Positions 7,430 to 16,167 are shown, counted from the first letter of the stretch. The stretch is DNA of 17,881 bases from Nitrospinales bacterium (GCA_046757665.1 JBHHYO010000054.1:1-17881), one strand, 5' to 3'. The notes: generated by a model from the sequence alone, not told the origin. Program-made: numbers and translations.

Positions 7430-9082
7430 TTAAAGAGGAAGAGTGAAATAGAAAGTAGAGCCCTTGCCCTTGCTGGCAACACCGACTTCCCCCCCGTGGA
7501 GGGCAATGATTTTTTTCACGATTGCCAGCCCCAGTCCCGTAGACTTTTCCCCTCCCGTCGGTTTGGCGTCCAGCGTTTGAAACTCCCCGAACAACAAGTC
7601 CTGATTTTTCTCTGAAATACCGGGCCCCTTGTCAGTCACTGAAAATTTCATCCGGCCCGGAGTCTTTTGAGTTGAAACATGAATCTGTGTATCCATGGGG
7701 GAATATTTTATGGCGTTGCCAATTAATTCATCAATGACCTGAATAATTCGGTTCTTGTCAAACGGAAAAGGAGGAATGGGGTCCAAACTCAAATCGAGTT
7801 TAATCTGCTTCTTATTGGCAATAGCCTGGTTCAACTCCACTCGTTCCGCAACCAACGCGCTGAAATCGGTTTCCTGTTTCAGCAATAAAACTTTTCCGCT
7901 TTCGATCATCGAAATATCCAGGAGTTCGTTAAGAAGCGTTTTCATGAACGTGCTGGAATCAAAAATATGTTTCACGAGATTTTGTTGTTTCTCGTTGAGG
8001 CTCCCGAAATACTTCCCCTCCAGCAGAACCTCGCTGTAAGATTGGATCACATAAAGCGGATTTCGCAAATCATGCGACGCAATGCCCAAAAACTTGTTTT
8101 TCAGTTCATTGAGATTCTGAAGTTCTATATTTTTTTTCAGGATTCGATCTTCCCAGCGGTGCCGCTCTATGGCGTCGGCGATGACGCCTCCTATGGAAAG
8201 AAGAATCTCCCGGCTATTTTCATTTAACGGTGGACTCGGATCGGTATAGAGGCACAAAACACCCACCAGTTGCTCCCGGCTTTTCAGGGGAACAATGCAA
8301 TGTCCATGAGCGCTCACATCTTGACACCACTTGCTTCGGAGCAAATCGGAAGAACAGTTGTTACGGACCAGCAAGTCCCCCGAGGCGGCAACCTGTCCGA
8401 GCAGACATTCGCCAAACGGGATTCGGTTCTCGTTTTCCGGAAATTCGGTGCGGAAATTTCCTATATGAGCGAACAGTTGCAAAGTTTTGCTTTCGTGATC
8501 CGCCAAAAAGATTCCCGCCTGGTTCCGAGCCTTGATGGCGCTGAATTTCGCCAGAGCGCTCAGAACATTCCGCAACATACATTCCATGGGCTCCGTCGTA
8601 TTAATCGCCTTGGCCACATCATGCAGAATGATACATTCTTCCATCCGCCGCCGGATTTCCTCCTGGGCGCGCACCTTCTCCGTAACATCGCGTTGCACAC
8701 CCACATAGTTGAGGATTCTTCCGGAGTGGGCGCGGATGGGAGATATGGTCATCTCGGCGTGATAAATGGAGCCATCCTTGCACCGGTTAATAACATTCCC
8801 GTGCCAAACTTTTCCCTTGAGAAGGGTGTCCCACATATTTTTGTAGGTCTCCGGCGAATTCAGGCCGCTCTTCAAAATACGCGGGTTCTCCCCGATAGCT
8901 TCCTCCCTGGAAAAACCGGTGATCGATTCAAACGCCGGGTTCACATAGGCGATGGTTCCTCCGGGGTCCGTAATCACGACCGCATCAGCCGTGGATTCCA
9001 CGGCCCTGGACAGTTTTTCGCTTTTAAAAAGGTCCAAATCTTCCACGGTATATACAAGCTCCCTGCTATGACTTTCACTCAT
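7430..9082 (-). CDS. cytoplasmic sensor histidine kinase, PAS-GAF-HisKA-HATPase
   Basis: PAS: YVNPAFESITGFSREEAIGENPRILKSG. GAF: IVPLKSREQLVGVLCLY. H-box ASHDLRNPL, N-box LIGNAIKYS, DKGPGI and GLGLAIVKKII. No TM segment. Confidence 0.92.
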   Translation of the reverse strand: MSESHSRELVYTVEDLDLFKSEKLSRAVESTADAVVITDPGGTIAYVNPAFESITGFSREEAIGENPRILKSGLNSPETYKNMWDTLLKGKVWHGNVINRCKDGSIYHAEMTISPIRAHSGRILNYVGVQRDVTEKVRAQEEIRRRMEECIILHDVAKAINTTEPMECMLRNVLSALAKFSAIKARNQAGIFLADHESKTLQLFAHIGNFRTEFPENENRIPFGECLLGQVAASGDLLVRNNCSSDLLRSKWCQDVSAHGHCIVPLKSREQLVGVLCLYTDPSPPLNENSREILLSIGGVIADAIERHRWEDRILKKNIELQNLNELKNKFLGIASHDLRNPLYVIQSYSEVLLEGKYFGSLNEKQQNLVKHIFDSSTFMKTLLNELLDISMIESGKVLLLKQETDFSALVAERVELNQAIANKKQIKLDLSLDPIPPFPFDKNRIIQVIDELIGNAIKYSPMDTQIHVSTQKTPGRMKFSVTDKGPGISEKNQDLLFGEFQTLDAKPTGGEKSTGLGLAIVKKIIALHGGEVGVASKGKGSTFYFTLPL

Positions 9083-9097
9083 CAATTTCAGGCGGTT

Positions 9098-11488
9098 TCA
9101 CCTGGACAGCTCAACGGGAAAAGAAATCTTGAAAGCAGACCCTTTTCCATCCCGTGAGTCCACCTGGATAGTCCCGCCATAATTGTGCACGATCCGATGA
9201 ACGATGTTTAAGCCCAAACCTGTCCCCTCTCCCTGGTCCTTGGTCGTAAAAAACGGATCAAAAATCTTGGAAAGATGTTCTTGAGGAATACCCGGGCCGG
9301 TGTCCCGAATGGTGACGACAATGTTACCGTTGGATTGCAGAGAGGAAATCGACAAGCGCCCTTTACCCTGCATAGCCTGGACGGCATTCTGAATAATATT
9401 TACGAAAATTTGCTGGATTTCTTCCGGCTTGGATTTCAAGAGGGGCAAGGGCTGATAATTTTTTTCCAACTGAATGTCATCGGAATAAGAAGCCACCCGC
9501 GCAATTTCTATCGCCGCATCCAGGCGTTCGTTTATGTTCACGTCCTGGGTCTTGGCCTTGATATTGGAACGGGCGTAACCGGACAAATTTAATATGATCG
9601 ACGCCACATGTTTTGAACTGCTCAACACCTTGGCGGCGTATTCTTTTATTTTCACCGGGTTTTTTTCTTCCTGAATGGCTTCCGTATATCCCATGATGGA
9701 ATACAGCGGATTGTTTATCTCGTGTGCAATGCCAGCGGTGAGCGTGCCAAGACCGGACAATTTATCCGCCATCGTCAGTTGATCCATGAGTTTTTTCTCT
9801 TCGGTGATTTCTTTCATCATCAGTCCCAGCTTGCGAGTCTTTTTTTCATCAAGACTGACATTAAAATACTGGTAGGTAAATGACCGATCGCCCAGGGTAA
9901 TCACCGGAGGCGGGGGTTGAGATGCATCGGACGGGAATTGGGGCGCCAGGGGGTCCCTGGCCTCATAACAATGTATGACACGTTCGCCTACCCGCCGCGA
10001 ACGCTTGGCCACCACTCCCTGGGCAAAATCCTCCAATCCATCAGCCAGCATTTTCCATTGGTCCTTATATGAGGACTCCAATTCCCCCAACCCCTTGCCG
10101 ATAAAGTCCCAGCCGCGTCGCTCCACCAATCTTCCCAAAGCGGTATTGACGTACTCGATCTTCAGGTCCTGATTGAATATCAAGACAACTTCCGGAATGC
10201 TCATGAAAATTTTTTCCGTATATTCTTTTATATCGCGTAGCTCCCTGGTTTTGATTTGCACCTGTTGCTCCAACCCGGAAAATGATTTTTGTAACATCCG
10301 GTTCATCTGGTTTATTTGCCTTGCCAGCGACTCAATTTCGTCGCCGGTGCGTATTTTTATGGGTTCCACCTTTTCACCGCGGCCGATTTGGGCGGCGACT
10401 TTTTCCAGTTGCTTGATGGGCTTCACAATTTTCTCCGAAGCCGCCGTCCCCATGATAGCGATGAGCAACACAGAAAAAAGAACCGCCGCGGAGATCCACA
10501 AAAAAAGCTCGCGGGTAGGCGCGAACAACTCATCCGAGGACTGCCAGACAAAAGTAAACCAGTTTTCCCCCGTCGAAGACGTCAAATATCGATTCGTTGC
10601 CAACAAGGGCGAAAAACCGATGATGGAAAGCTCGTTGCCCCCATGTCCATCCTCGTGAGTCAAAACCCAGTTCGCCGCCGCGCCGGTAACGCTACGGACC
10701 AAATCGGCTCCCTTGAGTTTGAAGCCCGTGGGCAGAATGGGGCAGTCCAAAACTATCCCCTTCGAATTGATCAGCATAACGTGACCGGTTTCTCCAAAGG
10801 TAATGGGTTCCGTATTCGGGGCAAAAAACTCCTTTGCCGAATAAATCCGATGAATGGCGCCGAGGGTTCTCCCACCTTGATCCCGAATCGGCACGGAGAG
10901 TTGAAATACATGCAGGTCCAGTTTTGTGTCCAGGTACAGATCGCTGATATAAACCTTTTTCTTGTCCCTGGATTGGGTATTCCTGGAAAACGGCAGGCTC
11001 GAATTCACAAAATCCGGATAAAAATTAATGCTCGCAATCAAAATTCCATCGGCATTTGTTATGAAAAGAGCCTGCGTGGATTGGACGGAAACCGTATCTT
11101 CCTTTAAGAAATTTTTCAGAACCCTGGCAGATGGATTTTCTACAAGGTATTTCATCTTTTCATCCCGGGCGCTCCACATGCGGGACTCTTTTGCAAAAAA
11201 AGATTTCAGCGCGGCGGAATCCAGGTTTCTCGTGGCGCGGTTCGCCGCCAGGGCCGACGCAAACGGCGCAAGCCGCATCGCCAGGCGCCGGTTGTGGACT
11301 ATTTCATTTTCCAGCAGATAATCAATTTTGCTGGATGTTTCAAAAGCCAGCGCCTTAAAATTGTTGCCGATGACTTCCTCAAGGGACTTGTTGCCTTGGA
11401 TATAGGAGATGATCATTGCCAATAAAAGGGGAATTGCGCCGACACCTATCATCCAATAGATAAGTTTCCTTTTGAGACCTTTTCCCAT
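9098..11488 (-). CDS. membrane sensor histidine kinase, TM-Cache-like-TM-HAMP-PAS-like-HisKA-HATPase
   Basis: Two TM helices flank a ~300-aa extracytoplasmic domain. HAMP: PIKQLEKVAAQIGRG...DEIESLARQINQM. H-box GIAHEINNPL, NAVQAM, DTGPGI, FDPFFTTK and GTGLGL. GAGG RBS. Confidence 0.92.
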   Translation of the reverse strand: MGKGLKRKLIYWMIGVGAIPLLLAMIISYIQGNKSLEEVIGNNFKALAFETSSKIDYLLENEIVHNRRLAMRLAPFASALAANRATRNLDSAALKSFFAKESRMWSARDEKMKYLVENPSARVLKNFLKEDTVSVQSTQALFITNADGILIASINFYPDFVNSSLPFSRNTQSRDKKKVYISDLYLDTKLDLHVFQLSVPIRDQGGRTLGAIHRIYSAKEFFAPNTEPITFGETGHVMLINSKGIVLDCPILPTGFKLKGADLVRSVTGAAANWVLTHEDGHGGNELSIIGFSPLLATNRYLTSSTGENWFTFVWQSSDELFAPTRELFLWISAAVLFSVLLIAIMGTAASEKIVKPIKQLEKVAAQIGRGEKVEPIKIRTGDEIESLARQINQMNRMLQKSFSGLEQQVQIKTRELRDIKEYTEKIFMSIPEVVLIFNQDLKIEYVNTALGRLVERRGWDFIGKGLGELESSYKDQWKMLADGLEDFAQGVVAKRSRRVGERVIHCYEARDPLAPQFPSDASQPPPPVITLGDRSFTYQYFNVSLDEKKTRKLGLMMKEITEEKKLMDQLTMADKLSGLGTLTAGIAHEINNPLYSIMGYTEAIQEEKNPVKIKEYAAKVLSSSKHVASIILNLSGYARSNIKAKTQDVNINERLDAAIEIARVASYSDDIQLEKNYQPLPLLKSKPEEIQQIFVNIIQNAVQAMQGKGRLSISSLQSNGNIVVTIRDTGPGIPQEHLSKIFDPFFTTKDQGEGTGLGLNIVHRIVHNYGGTIQVDSRDGKGSAFKISFPVELSR

Positions 11489-11780
11489 AACGCCTCGGTC
11501 TTTGATTAGGAATTCAGATTATTGAATGGCTCAGCCCCGGAAAGGGAAAGTCACCTCACAAGTTGCGGCGGAAAAACTGGCGAAAACCAACAACCCGTCT
11601 TATATTTAATATAAGGATAAAAAAGTGTTTCGCAAGCCTCACGACACACTATGAGCCATCAAAACATTTTCAATCACCTTTGCACACAAGGAAAAGAAAG
11701 CACCGAAACAAGACATCGGCGGAAAATGAATATCGGAAAATGTCCGTTGCTCGAATGCCACTTTTGAAAGGAGGTTTACC

Positions 11781-12176
11781 ATGGCCCATGGAGAAATATT
11801 AATTGTTGACGATGAGGAGGACATCCGCAACATCCTCAAGCTTCACTTGGAACAAGCGGGATTTTTTGTCCTGACCGCACAAGATGGCGAAGAAGCCATA
11901 AAAATTTTGCGTCAGGAAGACAATATGACGTCCATTGGACTCATCCTGTGCGACATTCGCATGCCTCGTGTTAATGGAATCGAAGCGATCGACTTTTTCA
12001 GAAAAGAAGCGCCGGGAATTCCGGTGGTGGTGCTCACCGGTTATCCGGACACCCAGTTGGCGGTTTCCCTTCTGAAAAAAGGCGTCAGGGATTACCTGGT
12101 CAAACCTGTTGAAAAAGACGTTTTAATGGAAAAGGTAAACGCCATTACCGCGGCCGGAAAAGACTTTGAATATTGA
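11781..12176 (+). CDS. single-domain response regulator (receiver only)
   Basis: ILIVDDE, phospho-acceptor in LCDIRMP, LTGY and YLVKP. Strong AAGGAGG RBS. Confidence 0.95.
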   Translation: MAHGEILIVDDEEDIRNILKLHLEQAGFFVLTAQDGEEAIKILRQEDNMTSIGLILCDIRMPRVNGIEAIDFFRKEAPGIPVVVLTGYPDTQLAVSLLKKGVRDYLVKPVEKDVLMEKVNAITAAGKDFEY

Positions 12177-12326
12177 AAACAATCCGTTTCTCGCGTTTAC
12201 CGTCCCGGTTCCAGCGCCGTGCCGGGTTTATTTTAAAACCCTTGTTCGCAACAAAGCCATCATAAATTAAGATGCAAAATGCTCGCTTTCGACTGAACAA
12301 ATATTATTTTATTAAGGAGGCCCGTT

Positions 12327-12749
12327 ATGAGTAAACGGAAGGTTATGAGCGTGGGCGAAGGAAAAATTTTGATTGTCGATGACGAACAGGATGTCCGGGA
12401 CGTCCTCCGGCTTCACCTGGAGCAGGGAGGCTATCACGTCTTGGAAGCAAGCAATGGCGAGGAGGCCATTGCAATCATGCGTAAGGGCGCCAACATGATC
12501 AATGTCGGACTGATTCTGTGCGACATCCGAATGCCCAAGATCAACGGAGTCGAGGCCATTGATTTTTTTCTGCGGGAAAACCCATCCATTCCCGTAGTCG
12601 CGGTAACCGGTTACCCAGACAGCGATCTGGCCGTTTCCCTGCTTAAAAAAGGCGTCAAGGATTACCTGGTCAAACCGGTGGAAAAGGAAAAACTGCTGTC
12701 CAAGGTGCGCTCCATCATTGAGAACGAGGAAGAATTTCAATACGCTTGA
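12327..12749 (+). CDS. single-domain response regulator, paralog of the upstream gene
   Basis: ILIVDDE, LCDIRMP, VTGY and YLVKP. AAGGAGG RBS before the ATG at 12327. Confidence 0.95.
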   Translation: MSKRKVMSVGEGKILIVDDEQDVRDVLRLHLEQGGYHVLEASNGEEAIAIMRKGANMINVGLILCDIRMPKINGVEAIDFFLRENPSIPVVAVTGYPDSDLAVSLLKKGVKDYLVKPVEKEKLLSKVRSIIENEEEFQYA

Positions 12750-12774
12750 GGATTTTGCGGAAAAAACCGGCTGT

Positions 12775-12828
12775 TTGAAAAGGCTTTTCAAGTTCGGAGT
12801 TACAACTCCGGGGTTGAAAAGCCTTTCA
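12775..12828. promoter_or_regulatory. long inverted repeat/hairpin between RR2 and the P-II gene
   Basis: AAAGGCTTTTCAA (12779-12791) pairs with TTGAAAAGCCTTT (12814-12826). The inner CGGAGTT (12795-12801) pairs with AACTCCG (12804-12810). Function not determined. Confidence 0.55.
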
Positions 12829-12848
12829 TTTTCCTTTAAAACATCAAC

Positions 12849-13199
12849 ATGATGAAAATGGTTATTTGCAACATACGCCACGAAAAACTCGAAGAGGTTC
12901 GGGAGAAACTGTTTGAACTGGGCGCTCCGGGTTTGACCGTTTCGGAAGTCAAGGGGATCGGCAAGCCCATGCAACACATGAAATCGGAAACCCAGTCCGC
13001 CCCGGCAAGCATTCCGCAGTTCCACCCCAGAGTCGAACTGAAGATTGTTCTGGACGACGGCGGCGTGGACGAATTGGTGAAAACACTCACCGCCACCGTC
13101 AAAACAGGTCATTTGGGCGACGGAAAAATCTTCATCCTCCCGGTTGAGGAAGCGGTTCGGATCCGAACGGGGGAAACGGGCAACCAGGCGCTTTACTGA
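12849..13199 (+). CDS. P-II family signal transduction protein with divergent T-loop
   Basis: GLTVSEVKGIG, B-loop TGHLGDGKIF and C-loop VRIRTGE are present. The T-loop is non-canonical and has no Tyr51 equivalent. Confidence 0.92.
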   Translation: MMKMVICNIRHEKLEEVREKLFELGAPGLTVSEVKGIGKPMQHMKSETQSAPASIPQFHPRVELKIVLDDGGVDELVKTLTATVKTGHLGDGKIFILPVEEAVRIRTGETGNQALY

Positions 13200-13227
13200 T
13201 GAGCCGTCCTGGATGTGGAGTGGTTTT

Positions 13228-13926
13228 TTGATTGCCGAGAACCTTGCGCGGGTTAAACGCCGAATGGCCGAGGCGGCGGGCAAGTCCGGACGCGATCCCC
13301 AAACCGTCCGCCTCGTGACCGTTTCCAAGCTGATTCCGGAACACAAAATCGCGCAAGCCATCGAGGCCGGCGCTACCCTGCTGGGCGAAAGCAGGGTCCA
13401 GGAGGCGGAAAAAAAAATAGCCCATTTGGGCCGCCAAAACATCCGCTGGCATTTTATCGGGCACCTGCAACAAAATAAGGTAAAATACATTTTCGACCTG
13501 TTCGACCTGATCCATTCCGTGGACCGGTTGGAACTGGCGGAAGCGATTCACCGGGCCGCCCGCAAGCGGCGGCTCACCATTCCCGTGCTCGTCCAGGTCA
13601 ACGTGTCGGGTGAAGCGGCGAAGTTCGGCGTCGCTCCCGAACAATTGGAAAATTTGCTGGTCAACCTGTCCCGGCTGGATGGATTGCGCGTGCAAGGTCT
13701 CATGACCATCCCGCCCTACGACCCGGACCCGGAGAAATCGCGCAAATACTATGCCCGACTTCGCGAACTCGGAAACCGCATGGCTCAATCGAATATCGAA
13801 AATATTTCCCTGCGCGAACTGTCCATGGGAATGTCGAATGATTTCACAATCGCCATAGAAGAAGGCGCCACGCTGGTGCGGGTCGGAACCGCCATCTTCG
13901 GCAAAAGACCGGACACCGGCCATTAA
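13228..13926 (+). CDS. yggS: YggS family PLP homeostasis protein (PLPBP)
   Basis: LVTVSK (PLP lysine), GESRVQE, WHFIGHLQQNK, HSVDR, GLMTIPP, LSMGMSND and VRVGTAIFG. Start placed at the TTG at 13228 behind GGAG. The ATG at 13213 is an alternative. Confidence 0.95.
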   Translation: MIAENLARVKRRMAEAAGKSGRDPQTVRLVTVSKLIPEHKIAQAIEAGATLLGESRVQEAEKKIAHLGRQNIRWHFIGHLQQNKVKYIFDLFDLIHSVDRLELAEAIHRAARKRRLTIPVLVQVNVSGEAAKFGVAPEQLENLLVNLSRLDGLRVQGLMTIPPYDPDPEKSRKYYARLRELGNRMAQSNIENISLRELSMGMSNDFTIAIEEGATLVRVGTAIFGKRPDTGH

Positions 13927-13947
13927 CGGCGGAAGGGAGACAGCACC

Positions 13948-14805
13948 GTGTTAAAAAGCAAAAAACTGGGATTCCTGGGCGCGGGAAACATGACCGAGGC
14001 CATTATCAAGGGACTGTTGTCCGCTTCATTTATCGCGGCGAAAAATATCCTCGCCTCCGACATTCTCGCCGCCAGACTCGATTATCTGCACAAGGAATAC
14101 AAGATCAAAACCACCGGCAGTAATTCCGAGGTGGTGGAAAAATCCGACATCATCCTTCTGGCCGTCAAACCGCAGGCGATCGACAAATTGTTAAACGAAA
14201 TTAAGCCTCTGGACACCGACCAGAAACTGTTTGTCTCCATTATCGCCGGAGTGCCCACCGACATCATTGAAGGCATTTTAAACGACAGCGAAGCCCGAAA
14301 AACCGCCGTGGTCCGCACCATGCCCAACACCCCGGCCCTCGTGCAGGAAGCCGCAACCGCCATTTCGCCCGGCGCGAATGTGTCGAAAAACGACATCAGG
14401 CTCGTCCACCGAATTTTCGAGGCTATCGGCAAAACCGTGGACGTGGACGAAGAACAACTCGACGCGGTAACCGGTCTGAGCGGCAGTGGTCCGGCCTATC
14501 TCTTCATGATCATCGAGGCGCTCTCGGACGCCGGAGTCAAAATGGGCCTGTCCCGCAACACCTCCAACCTGCTGACCGTGCAAACCATTCTGGGAGCCGC
14601 GAAGCTGGCGCTGGAAAGCGGCAAGCATCCCGGCGAACTCAAGGACATGGTCACTTCGCCCGGAGGAACCACCATCTCCGGACTGCACACCCTGGAGGCC
14701 GGCGGATTGCGCACCTCCCTGATGGACGCCGTGGAAATCGCCACCAAACGCTCCGCTCAACTCGGAAAAAACATCCGCGACGGCGCAAGGAAAGGCAAGA
14801 AGTAA
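13948..14805 (+). CDS. proC: pyrroline-5-carboxylate reductase
   Basis: GFLGAGNM, LAVKPQ, RTMPNTP, DAVTGLSGSGPAY and VTSPGGTT. Sits in the conserved yggS-proC arrangement. Confidence 0.97.
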   Translation: MLKSKKLGFLGAGNMTEAIIKGLLSASFIAAKNILASDILAARLDYLHKEYKIKTTGSNSEVVEKSDIILLAVKPQAIDKLLNEIKPLDTDQKLFVSIIAGVPTDIIEGILNDSEARKTAVVRTMPNTPALVQEAATAISPGANVSKNDIRLVHRIFEAIGKTVDVDEEQLDAVTGLSGSGPAYLFMIIEALSDAGVKMGLSRNTSNLLTVQTILGAAKLALESGKHPGELKDMVTSPGGTTISGLHTLEAGGLRTSLMDAVEIATKRSAQLGKNIRDGARKGKK

Positions 14806-14816
14806 AGGACGATACG

Positions 14817-15425
14817 ATGATCGTATGCTTGGACCTCGAAGGCGTGCTGGTGCCGGAAATCTGGATCGCCTTCGCGGAAAAAACCGGGATCGAGACATTG
14901 CGGCTCACCACCCGCGACATTTCCGACTACGACCGGCTGATGCGCGGACGGCTGAAAATCCTCGATGAACACGGCCTCAAGCTTGCCGATATCCAGCAGG
15001 TCATCCGCGGCATCCAGCCCCTGAACGGCGCCGGCGACTTTTTGAACCGGCTACGCTCGGAGTTTCAGGTAATCATCCTGTCGGACACTTTTAACGAATT
15101 CGCATCCCCGCTCATGGAGAAACTCGGCTACCCCGCCCTGTTCTGCAATTCGCTGGAAGTCAACGGAGACGGGCGCATCACCGGTTACCGCCTGCGGCAG
15201 AACGACGGCAAGACCAAGGCCGTGGCGGCGCTGAAAAGCCTGAACTTCCCGGTAATCGCCGCCGGCGACTCCTACAACGATACGGGAATGCTCATGGAGG
15301 CCGACGCCGGCATCCTGTTTCGCCCGCCGCAAAACGTCATCGACGAGTTCCCCCAATACCCCGTCACCCAAACTTACGCCGAACTGCACGACGCTATTTT
15401 ACAGTCGAGCAAATCGCTGTGTTAG
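14817..15425 (+). CDS. thrH: bifunctional phosphoserine phosphatase/homoserine phosphotransferase (HAD family)
   Basis: CLDLEGVLVPEIW, TTRDI.DYD.LM, ILSDTF.EF and AAGDSYNDTGML. Confidence 0.93.
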   Translation: MIVCLDLEGVLVPEIWIAFAEKTGIETLRLTTRDISDYDRLMRGRLKILDEHGLKLADIQQVIRGIQPLNGAGDFLNRLRSEFQVIILSDTFNEFASPLMEKLGYPALFCNSLEVNGDGRITGYRLRQNDGKTKAVAALKSLNFPVIAAGDSYNDTGMLMEADAGILFRPPQNVIDEFPQYPVTQTYAELHDAILQSSKSLC

Positions 15426-15466
15426 CGGGATGCCAAAGAAGTCGTTAAAAATGAATTTCCCTTTAT

Positions 15467-15517
15467 TGTCATGGTGAGCTTGTTTGCGTGTCATGCTGAG
15501 CTTGTCGAAGCATGACA
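15467..15517. repeat. REP-like palindrome, copy 1, preceded by a partial copy
   Basis: TGTCATGCT-GAGCTTGTCGA-AGCATGACA (15489-15517) has a 9-bp stem. A truncated left half, TGTCATGGTGAGCTTGT, lies at 15467-15483. Confidence 0.8.
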
Positions 15518-15892
15518 ACCCGTCTTCCCGCCGTCGTTTGCCCGCCCTGACTGATCCTGCCCCCATCATCCTTTTGCAACCGCTTGCACCGCCGGTCGTA
15601 CCTGACTTGGGCCGATTTTACGAAAAAAAAATTTTTCAAAAACGAGGAACGAAATAGTCAAAACGTCAGCCTGTCAAACCAGTAACCCCTTGCACCGCAA
15701 CGCACTTTACAGCTTTCCCGTCAGGTAAAAAATCAACGAATTTCGCGGAAAAACCATGCTGGAAAAAGCTTTAAAAATTAACTATTAATAGCCTAATATT
15801 AAACGATTTTCTTATCACGTATTTTTCCATGCCGAAGACCGCATTCTGAAGATTAAAATTTACAATACCGAAATCATCATAGAGCCACCGAG

Positions 15893-16046
15893 ACCGCAGA
15901 GAAACGCAAAATATCTAACCACCGGTCCGCGCATGGGCAGGCAGGAAAGCCTGCCCCACGCATAAATTTCGGGTTTATCCGTGTTCATCCGTGTGCATCG
16001 GTGGTTAAACCGGTTTTTTCTTTGCGCCCTTCGCGCCTTTGCGGTT
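15893..16046. repeat. nested inverted repeats and short tandem repeats
   Basis: TAACCACCG (15916-15924) pairs with CGGTGGTTA (15999-16007). There is a hairpin GGGCAGGC-AGGAAA-GCCTGCCC (15935-15956) and tandem 10-mers ATCCGTGTTC/ATCCGTGTGC/ATCGGTGGTT (15977-16006). The outer pair is ACCGCAGA (15893-15900) and TTTGCGGT within CTTTGCGCC-CTTCGCGC-CTTTGCGGTT (16020-16046). Confidence 0.7.
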
Positions 16047-16076
16047 CCTGTTTTTCCCCGGTCTCCCGTTTCCGAT

Positions 16077-16161
16077 TGTCATCGCGAGCCGCGATAAGCG
16101 GCGTGGCGATCCAGCCGGGCCACGCCCGGTGGGAATGGGTCCTTTCTGGATTGCTTCGTCG
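16077..16161. repeat. REP-like element of the GTCAT(T/C)GCGAG...GCAATCC type, right arm incomplete
   Basis: TGTCATCGCGAG...GGCGATCCAG (16077-16114) and the inverted CTGGATTGCTTCGTCG (16146-16161). Confidence 0.6.
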
Positions 16162-16167
16162 ACCCGT

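Noticed and set aside
8270-9157. 295-aa plus-strand ORF
   Set aside because: It is antisense to the well-supported PAS-GAF kinase and has no recognisable motifs, so it is a shadow ORF.
10316-11107. 263-aa plus-strand ORF
   Set aside because: Antisense shadow of the membrane kinase with no family features.
13144-13227. N-terminal extension of YggS overlapping the P-II gene
   Set aside because: YggS similarity begins at IAENL, and a GGAG-TTG start fits at 13228.
12312-13490. 392-aa minus-strand ORF (and 13132-13923)
   Set aside because: It is antisense to the receiver, P-II and yggS genes, which all have clear motifs.
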